In this document: positions 22,165 through 30,964 of the stretch, piece after piece
Numbering within the stretch: position 1 is the stretch's first letter
Layout of the letters: every line of letters starts with the position of its first letter
Source of the DNA: Folioceros fuciformis
Taxonomy: Eukaryota
Direction of reading: 5' to 3'
Length of the DNA: 30,964 bases
NCBI GenBank assembly: GCA_049999805.1
Contig: JBNGIO010006285.1
Location: 152,008-182,971 of the forward strand
Notes under the pieces: model-generated
Seen by the model: the letters and a program-made list of their open reading frames with translations, nothing else
Told to the model about the DNA's origin: nothing
Database searches by the model: none
Made by a program: the position numbers and the translations under genes

Positions 22165-23055
22165 TTTGGAGGTATCCTGACCTCGATCTCAACAGCTTCT
22201 GTGAATCAACAGTTGTGACCTAGACCTGTGGCAGGGAGACGGGAGTGCTCAGTTTAGGGCTTCCAAGTTTCAACCCTCAGAACGTCAAGGTGCCCTCATC
22301 TAAGCGTAAGGGGACTGGCGTTATGGATAGAAAGTTATCACAGTGACATAAGTTTCCCGCTTGTCTTATTGCGGTGGTGTGCAGTGACATTGTTTGGGCG
22401 GAAGGAAAGTGCTCGGAACAACCGGAGGACAAGGAGTGCGGGGAAAGTGGCATACCTTTTAATTTGGATCAGAGCCGATTTCATCCCAGCTCGGTATCGT
22501 GGCCAGGACTAGACCGTCTGTATCGGTGGCCACTGGAAGCGAGTCTCCAAAGCACAGATTAGACAAGCTAGGTTGTTTCGTTTTGCGAGCAGCGAGGCAT
22601 CAAGTTCTGGAAGTTTCCATTTTAGGGGAATTTGGCATTGGCAAGTGAGCAACCGGACCCTGTCGACAAGAAGGATTTCCTCGCAACTTCGTTGCAAGTT
22701 TGCTGGAGTCAGCGGAAAGATGTTCGCACTGAGCAGTCGCTGGTTGTCTGCCAGAGCGGAGCTGACTGGACGGAGTAAGCTCAACGGCCACGTCCGCTCT
22801 AATGAATATATACGGGGCGTCTCGATCCCATGACACGCAACCACCTTCAGCATCTGCGATAAGCAACTCGACCACTTCAGGCTCCCGGATCCAGGCGTCT
22901 ACATCCCTCCGACTCCTTCTCCGTTTTCGGTTTTCAACGCCACTCCAAGACCAGTACGTAGCTCCGAAATGTGCCGGTTTCTGGGCTTTGAACATTGAAT
23001 GTTGGCGGGCAATTTGACAACATTGTGGCATTGCTTGGTTTCCCAACAGGACGTC

Positions 23056-24043
23056 ATGGCTCAGATCGGGGAACTCCAAGCAACCATCACTGCGCCTGCC
23101 GGCTGCTCCAAGACCCTCCACCTAGCTGGCCACGGTATTATGAGCTTCCTCAACGTTCTTTCACTGCTGAGTATCGACTGATCTGGAAACCGAAGGTTTA
23201 GAAACAATTTGCAATTTCGAACTCTAAGCACAAACATTTTTCTTGACAACCTGTTTGACCGAGGTGCTTGCAGGTGTGGAAGAGAAGTGCATCGAAGGAA
23301 ACCAGGTGAAAGTGGCTCAGCTGGGTGTGTACTTAGAAAAGGATGTCACTTCCCACCTCGAAGCCTGGAAAGGGAAGTCCGCTCATGATCTGGCACAAGA
23401 CAATGCCTTCTTCACGGCTTTAATCAAAGGTGCTCTAGAATGGATCACCCTCCTAGAATCTTCCATCGAGTGCCAAAGTTGAAATTTCATGTAGGTCTCA
23501 GACTCACCCTGTCTGATCACATCATTCTGCAGCACCTGTGGAGAAGTTCGTAAAGGTTGGGTTGCTCGTGGGCCCAGTCCCGGGACCTCATTACGGAAGC
23601 CAAGTGGAGGCCTCCATCAAGGAAAGGCTCCTCAAGGAAGGCAAGTTGGGCAACGCAGAAGAGAAGGTGCTGCAGGAGCTGATCCAGTTCTTCCAGCCCA
23701 TCTCTCAACTGGGCTCTGCTGTACTCTACGCCTTCCCCTCGCCGTCCCGTCTCAACCTCACGGTACTCACAGTGCAGTCCCCCAGTCCAGTTGGTCACAC
23801 ATCATTGCACCGCATCTGGTGTTCATCCAGCATTGTTACATGTATATGCACCTGTGAGTAAACTGTCTATGCTGTTGTTTCTGTTCACAATTTCAGGTGC
23901 AAGCAGATGGCGTGAAAGCATCTCATGCAATCTCCAGCGAGGCTATTGTCTTCGCTCTGTTGGACACCATCTTTGGTGGGAATACGCTCAGTCCCTCTGC
24001 TACCGCTTCCACTGTTGAAGGCCTCGCTGCTTGGCTCAATTAG
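23056..24043 (+). CDS. Chalcone-isomerase-fold protein, copy B, 203 aa; exons 23056-23134, 23274-23429, 23533-23762, 23897-24043
   Basis: Same exon lengths as copy A (79/156/230/147 nt), highly similar protein and diverged introns. Putative leader intron 22954-23049. Confidence 0.88.
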
Positions 24044-24569
24044 ATCACAACATGGCCTCTTGTGGGACGTTCAAAGCTAGCTCATTTAGGGCCTAACTGC
24101 AGCCTCAAGCCCTGTATAGGTAGTGAAAATGCCTAAACAGTAGCCTTTTGGTTTTTGGCCCTGCCCGGTTGTTCGTCCAATCTTTGGATCTCTTTCTCAA
24201 TAATAGAAAATATTTCATAAACAGTATCACTTACTCTCATATCGTTCGGGATCCGGCCATCCTGTCTCGAGTTATCATTTTAGGGCAACCCATCCCGAGT
24301 TACCACAGTTACAATTTTAGGGCAGGGCAACTCAGTGTCTCTGCCTTTTCGAAGTTTAAAAGTGCCGTATCATCAAGTCACGCAGCTACTGAAATGTGTG
24401 CACTTGTGTACATCGTACACAAAGCTATATAAATGCGAGGCCCGCTTACAAGCTGACAAGCGCTCATTTCTACGAACCCACCTTGTGTTTCTTAGGCTCA
24501 AGGCGAGAGCGAGAATTGGAGGCTCTTGACAGCCCTTGGATTTAGGGCTTTCCAGCGGCGAGTACCAAG

Positions 24570-25962
24570 ATGCCCAAATCCAAGCGCAACAGGATTGGTG
24601 CGCTCCCTGCAAGTGCTTTCTGTTTGCGTTTCCTGGTTAACTTGCCCTTCGCCAGAGTCGTGACGCTTCCCCCGATTTTTTTCTCGTGGTGTGCAGTGAC
24701 CACTTCTAAGACGCAGAAAAAGGGCAAGGAACACAAGGAATCACTGGTGAAGAAAGTGAGGGAGCACATTGAGCTCTACAAGTCCGTGTACGTCTTCTCC
24801 TATGAAAATCTGCGCAACAACACTCTCAAGGAGCTGAAGGACAAGCTGAAGTCCAGCAGCAGGTTTTCCACTCCTCAGTATCGAGTTTTGTTGTTTAGGC
24901 GGATATCTATGCTTCAGCTAATGCACGGTGGGTGATATGGTATGACAGAATTTTTTTGGGGTCGAACAAAGTGTTGAAAGTAGCCCTGGGCCGGTCAGAT
25001 GCGGAAGAGGTGAGGGATGGGCTTCATCAAGTCAGCGAGGTGAGCTACATCCCCAATCTTGATTTTGGGGTCGGAGGCTGTTTCAGACTTGTGTTAGCCG
25101 CTGCCCTGCTCACTCAATTCTACGTCTTTGTGCAGAAGCTAGAGGGCAATCGTGGGTTGCTGCTGACCAATCTTCCTAAAGAAGAAGTAATAAGGTTAGG
25201 ACTGACGGATTTTCTCATTTGCAATCTGAGGCTTGGTGTTGTATGGAGTGCATGAATGAGTTTGCTGCTGGTTTTCTGGCAGGTTATTTGGCAATTTTGA
25301 GGAGCATGATTATGCCCGCACAGGGAGTGTCGCCACAGAGACGGTATGGACGGGTTGCTAGGAAATGCACTCTTACGTTGCCATGAATCATTCTGTGCAT
25401 GGCCAAGGAGTCCTCACGACTAAGAGCGTTATGGTGTGCTCGGACACAGGTGGAATTGAAGGAAGGACCTTTGGAACAATTCACCCACGACATGGAGCCT
25501 TTCCTTCGAAAACAAGGACTGCCTGTGAGGCTGAACAGAGGTGTGGCCATTTTGCCAGGATCGCACAGCAACCGTGGTTTTGTCCATGGATAGCCAGTTC
25601 TATTGAGCCTCTCGAATTCTGTGAGTCAATCTGCTGACTTGGATCCATGGTTGGTTAATTTGTAGGCGTTGTTGAGCTGGTTGGAGACCACACAGTTTGC
25701 AGGGATGGCGAGCATATATCTCCTGAAGCTTCAAGGATACTGGTGAGAATCTAGCTCCCCAGCAGGTTGTGTTCGGAAACTGTTGGGTGGTGTGACTCCC
25801 TCCTGACTTTTGTCCCCCTTAATAAACTGTCTGCAGAGGCTTTTAGGAATCCAGATGGCGGCCGTCAAACTAAACCTTGTCTGTAGATGGAGTACAGACG
25901 AATTTGAATTATACGAGCAGGACTCAGACGCTTTGACAACGAAAACGTCAGACGGATCATGA
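24570..25962 (+). CDS. MRT4: Ribosome assembly factor / mRNA turnover protein 4, about 232 aa; exons 24570-24597, 24697-24862, 24949-25039, 25136-25194, 25283-25343, 25450-25540, 25666-25742, 25837-25962
   Basis: Motifs [55 protein letters not shown] and [11 protein letters not shown]. Confidence 0.95.
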
Positions 25963-26611
25963 AGATGTGAATCTATGTGCACATCAAAACTCGTGTACCG
26001 TACAGAAGATGAGTAGTTTCTTCAACGTATCTCTTGCCTGCGTTTTGAAGGTGGTGTGCCACGAGCAGGTGCTCGTTTTTTTCCCCGGCTGGGTTGATGA
26101 GGCGTATTCAGCACCTAGGCATTCCGTTTTGTTTACCAGACAGCTCACCGATGCAAAAGAGAGTATTGTATTGGGCAAATGAGAGCTACCTCGATGGCCG
26201 GAACGACAGTTCTGAAGCGGAATGGAGATTCTCATGTGCATCGGAGATTTCGGGTGGCCAGGCACTGTGTGAATTGTTAGAATACCAAGAGATCTCTCCT
26301 GTAAGGGTATTCTGTAATCACCAACTCTACCTACGGGATGAATATACTTGGGCACCTGCAGATCATGTTACTACGCTAGAGGGAATATACGTGATACCTG
26401 AAGCACCCTGCCAAAGGTATCCACAAGCTGTCCAGTTGCGTGTGTTAGCAGCAATATAGACCTTGCACGTACCTGACCCTTACCGTCATGTGTAGTAGGT
26501 AGGTTATGACAAGATGTGTAGGTTGTGAAACAGCATGTGCCTGAATGTGTAAGATGGATTAGCTCCAAATCGCGGTTGTCGTGTTCCCAATGACGTCTAA
26601 CAGTATGCATT

Positions 26612-26723
26612 CTGTGGCGGATGTGTCACGGCCCTCGTGTCACAAGTTGTGAATGAGGGCGCTATATTCGTGCTGTGGCGGGTGTGTCACGGCCCTCATG
26701 TCACAAGTTGTGAATGAGGGCGC
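26612..26723. repeat. Two direct copies of a 51-bp unit (61-bp period), each containing a 30-bp palindrome
   Basis: ctgtggcgg(a/g)tgtgtcacggccctc(g/a)tgtcacaagttgtgaatgagggcgc at 26612 and 26673. Confidence 0.9.
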
Positions 26724-26806
26724 CCGGGCCCACTCCTCTACTTCGAGCATGGTGATGCCGTACATCAGCCCGGGGCCACAGCCACTAGTGTAGCCACGCC
26801 CCTGAC

Positions 26807-26985
26807 GCATGTACCAACCTGTCCATGTTGCCCATGAAGCATGTACCAACCTGNNNNNNNNNNAGCATGTACCAACCTGTCCATGTTGCCCATGAAGCAT
26901 GTACCAACCTATCCATGTTGCCCATGAAGCATGTACCAACCTGTCCATGTTACCCTAAGCATGTACCAACCTGTCCATGTTACCC
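26807..26985. repeat. 32-bp tandem repeat spanning a 10-N assembly gap (26854-26863)
   Basis: Unit gcatgtaccaacctgtccatgttgcccatgaa starts at 26807, 26839, 26865, 26897, 26929 and 26959. Confidence 0.95.
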
Positions 26986-27831
26986 AACCAGCAACAATTG
27001 CTTATTTGGGTAAGAACAATTGCTTATTCTCTGGCCTTCTCTCTTCCTTGGAAAAGTAATGAGGTCATTTGTCCAATTTCTCTACTTCCTTATCCTCGCT
27101 ACGGGCCTCTCCTCCCTCTTCCTCAACTCTACCTATTTGGCTTCCTCCATAGCAACTCTATCTTCTTCACGAATGCCTTGAATGAAGGCTTTCACATTAC
27201 CCCCACTATCCACCACATCCCATAAACTCTGCAACGTCTCCATACTTCGAATTGCCCCAAATGCTATTTCATTCACTGTAGGGTACCATCTGTATTTGTC
27301 CTTGAACCATGTTTAATGCAATCCATTCATCTTGTTCTCCTTTGCCCCAAGGATTCGGGCCTCTTCCACTTGCTTTCGTCAACCTAGCTTATACTTCTTT
27401 GATAAGCATTGCCCAACAACGTGGCCCGATCTGAAAGCATTTCAGATGTAGCATCCGCCTTTGCCGCCATGTCCTCTGGTGTTCACACACCTTTCAAGTC
27501 TGCATCTGTTCGCTAGGCCTAAATATCGGTTCGCCAAGGTACGGCCTAGCGAACCGACATGCCATGCCATGAGCATGGCCTTCCTCTCCCCTACTCCTCT
27601 CTCTCTTATCCGTGCCAACCCGTGATCGAGCTACCGGGAGTGACAGGAAACTAATTCAAGTTCTCGTCGCCCTGATTGTCATGGCAATTCTTGCGACGAC
27701 ATTGCTCGCCCTTCGTTTATTTCAGTTGAGAACGAGAGCGGAGAGAGCGCTCTGCTCAAAGCACGGCACACGGTAAGAGTTGAAAGATCGAAGGCTGGGG
27801 AGGATGCACGTATACTGATCGTGCTCCAACA

Positions 27832-29107
27832 ATGGATGAGGTTGCAATGCATTGTCCTTTTGCAGTTCAGAGGCCTGGTGGAGGGAAAAAAAATTTCAAT
27901 GACTTGGAATGGCTGCAATCCTCATACAAGCATCCATCTTGTCCTGGCCAAGAGCTAGCTTACATCCCTTGGACCAGAGTGCACGATTTCATAGAGGGCA
28001 TGAACTCATTGCCACATGCTCCTACAAATTATTATAAGGCATCTCGTAGAGGGCCGGCCAGCAATACTTCAGCAGTAAGTTGTTTGAAGCTAGATGCAGC
28101 CATTGTCACAATACGGTATGTATGAACCCTAAGGATTCAATCCGTTTACTTTCTACTTGTTGGTATCATTGAAAGATTTCATCATCAGTGTTTTGCTTGC
28201 AGTTATTGGTGTGGATATGGGCCACAGGACTTGCGGAATGTTCCCATGCCTCCACCACATGTACCTATTATTGTGGAGGGTGAGAAGAAGCGTAGACGGT
28301 CTCGGATTGCTAACGGTGAAAGCATCAAACACGGTTGTCAAGCTTCGTTTGCCATTGCACAGTTATGAAGATGGCCAGTTATTGCTCAAGTAACATTATA
28401 GGAAACTATGCACGTGGATGTTTCTGGAAGAGTGTGTCATGGCCTAGAGTACGTAGGCATGCCAAGAGATGTCAGGGTTCCTCACTTGAGTGCTGACAAG
28501 AAGGCATGGGTGAAACATGGTTTACTATGTAATGTTTCTATGTCAGAGATTCTTAGACGATACCAGGAGTAGGTGTGGGCGAAATGTTGTGGGCTTTCAA
28601 CAAGCTGGGAGCATGAGTCACAATATGTTCAGGTTAGAGATGATTTCTTGACACGTGCAGACATTGACAATCTTGTCGTTGACTTGCAAGGTACAATGTG
28701 GAAACATCATCAGGATGACACTATTAGTGTGGGTATATGGATGCGGCTCAATGCTGCATTTGTGTTTCACAAGTCCACTGCTGATTAGTCGTTTTGTTTG
28801 GGGATTCAGACCCCGCTCATGCTTCAGACCTGTTTGACACATGGAAGGAATAATGTGCTCAAGATTGACTCCATGTTTGGTGTAAACCAGTACAAGTACC
28901 AGCTCTTCACAATTATGGCTTTTGACCTTCACATGAATGGTATTCCGGTAGCGTGGGTTTTGGCAAAAGACGGTACAAGTGACACCATAGCCAGGTGGTT
29001 GACATCTTTTCACGAGGTTTTGTTAAGTAGGGATGCAACTTGGTTGCCCTCCGCAATATTGGTTGATGATTGTGCAGCTGAGATTGCTGCAATTCGAAAG
29101 GTTTTTT
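27832..29107 (+). mobile_element. Decayed MULE-type (Mutator-like) transposase of the At4g13970/At1g60560-like SWIM family; intron 28116-28202; four in-frame stops; cut by a LINE
   Basis: Segments LAYIPWTRVHDFIEG, RYWCGYGPQD, HGCQASF, HVDVSGRVCHG, RDDFLT, FCLGIQT, IDSMFGVNQYKYQL, GIPVAWV and ILVDDCAAEIAAIRKVF are collinear with that family as recalled. Stops lie at 28366, 28399, 28570 and 28786. Confidence 0.85.
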
Positions 29108-30964
29108 CGCGTAAACAAGGATTTTGATTAAGAGTGGCATCCTCTTACAATACTAAGGGGACCCCTGCCTAAGTATTCACATAGCCTGCGTAACCCACTC
29201 GGGGGAGGTAACACCCCAACCCCGAGTCCAGCTCTCTAACCAGGGCTCGGGAAATGCTCCCCATCACCCTACTATTAGCGGACTGCTAAGACCACCTCAA
29301 ACTCGCCCTGGGATCATTGGGGTTCACCTTCCCCAAGGACAGACGTGGTTCCATTGCTCGTTATTCCGGTTAACTAGGAAACCCGCCGACCTCCATTCGC
29401 TCCTCTTGAACTGTTTTGATGTCTGAGTCAGACTTTCAGCTGCAATTAGTAAGTGCTCCCAGATGCGCCATAGCAAAGCCTTAGATGAGACTGGCTCATT
29501 ACCTCCATAGACCACAGAAGACCAGTTGACCCAAAGATGAAAAATGCACGAAGACCATAGTAAGCCCCACCACTGCGCCTGAAGTAGAGCTTTGCCCCAG
29601 GTTGCATCCAACCTAAAAAGGCAGTTTGTTTTGTGATCTTGAGGCTAGCGCCAGAGATAATCCTTTGCAGCCAATTGCCCACCTCACTCCATATCTCTTG
29701 AGCGAAACTGCAGTGGAAGAACGTGTGTTGGCTTTTATTTGGGGCACTGGAGGTGCACAGCCGACATTGATCTTCCCCCGTAGCAGCCAACAAGCCATCC
29801 CACCGATCCACATTAGGCAAACAAGCTTGGAAACAACACCAAATTGTCGTCCTAACCTTGGGAGGAATTCCCACTGACTTCCAAATCAGCTTGATAGCCA
29901 CCTTTTGCCTCCGCTCAGACAACTGTAGCCTGGGAGCCATTGGTTGCTGCTGCTTGAGTTTCTGCGCTCGAACCATCTAAAGGTAAAGGTTCGCCGTTGG
30001 GAAGTTGAAGAAAGACCGAAGGTTGACCGCCTTATATCCAGGTCTCCTAGGCCAATTGTATAAATCAGGTCTTAAGGCCAACTCCCAATTTTCCGCAAGC
30101 CGAAGCCAACATCGAACTCCTAGCTTGTCCGAGAGTTGCAGCCCATTAGAACGTTCGACTTGGGTGCACCACCGCCCTGCGCGAATAGATTTAGAGAGGA
30201 CCGTGATGGGCCGAAGTTCCCCTCTTTGAATGTCTCCATCATCCCTGCCCTTATCCTCCAAAAGCCCTTCAGGTGAAAGGACCTTAAATGACCGTAGTTC
30301 TTCTTTTTCAGCCGTGCCTGTAAGCCAAATTGCCCTATCCAGTTCAAGGACATCCTCTTGTTCATCCTCCTCAGAATCTGCTCCCTTACTATCCATGGAA
30401 TACACATACCACCCCTCAGCGCCCCGGGCAGGTTGTTGCCTTAACGCCTGTTGAACCTTCTCCTCTAACCCCTCTTGCAACCAGGAGAAAATGTGCCGAA
30501 CATGTCGAGTCCCTAAACCAAATTCACCCTTGACTTCCTCCACCTCCTTCTAACGGGCCTATGATCTGTTCCATAGGTGACCAAGCTGGGTAACTCCTTT
30601 CCAACACGCCAATCCGAAGATTTGTGACCGATACACCCTTGCCCTAAATTCTTGTGCCCACAGCCTCGAGAAACCTTGCAAAGGAATTCCCAGAGCATCA
30701 TCAACTTGCAGAGGGTAACTAGGGAGAATGCATCGCTTAACCTCTAAGTAGCTACTCCAGATTGACTTGAAGAGTGCAGAGCACTCTGCCATATCAAGAA
30801 GTGGTTTATCCGCAAGGATGTTGTCGATAGACCTCCTTCCCCCAGGAACAGCTTGAGTGCCCTCCAGATGTTGTGTTAGCAGGCTCTTCCAAGGGTAGAA
30901 GGCCGGATCCGCCGCCTTGATAACCCACTGAGCATGCAAGACTTTCATCTTGGCAACCGGATCA
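29102..30964 (-). mobile_element. 3' part of a decayed L1-type LINE (ORF2 C-terminus with zf-RVT, 3'UTR, short A tail); continues beyond the window
   Basis: Segments LHAQWVIKAAD..YPWKSLL, IWKS..PPKVRTTIW..LP....CRLC....SQHTFFHCSFAQEIW (zf-RVT) and IFHLWVN. One frame with in-frame TAGs and a frameshift near 29612. The ORF ends at 29324, and the element ends ...aatcaaaatccttgtttacgcgaaaaaa. Confidence 0.88.

Noticed and set aside
26094-26459. 121-aa ORF downstream of MRT4
   Set aside because: No recognisable motif or splice structure; it overlaps the likely MRT4 3' region.
26807-26985. CRISPR-like array (32-bp repeats)
   Set aside because: Head-to-tail tandem repeat without spacers.
28366-28788. 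U-to-C RNA editing or stop-codon readthrough restoring the transposase
   Set aside because: Such editing is known from organellar transcripts. This locus is nuclear, spliceosomal and truncated by a LINE, so decay is the simpler explanation.

Overview
Gene-dense eukaryotic nuclear DNA from a land plant with short GT-AG introns (mostly about 80-170 nt). A compact non-seed-plant genome, possibly a hornwort, is my inference only. Left to right the window holds: the 5' end of a kinesin-10 gene (-); a complex I B12/NDUFB3-like small ORF; an isochorismatase/NIC3-like hydrolase; an intron-rich arginine decarboxylase; and an orphan copy of a promoter. An AT-rich island follows, with minisatellites, an inverted telomere-repeat hairpin and a GH17+X8 glucanase whose acid/base Glu is replaced by Asn. 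Further right are two intact, divergent chalcone-isomerase-fold genes plus a fragment, a class I HDAC with a very long low-complexity tail, a DUF4228/PADRE gene, prefoldin 4 and MRT4. The right end is repeat-rich, with an assembly gap and a decayed MULE-type transposase interrupted by a LINE. The best novelty candidates are: (i) one promoter/first exon that may feed two unrelated proteins (B12-like or NIC-like) through alternative 3' splice sites; (ii) a locally expanded CHI-fold subfamily lacking both CHI catalytic residues and the CHIL signature; (iii) an intact but acid/base-less GH17; (iv) a spliced uORF overlapping the ADC start codon. All gene models were built by eye, and family calls come from recalled motifs, not database searches.
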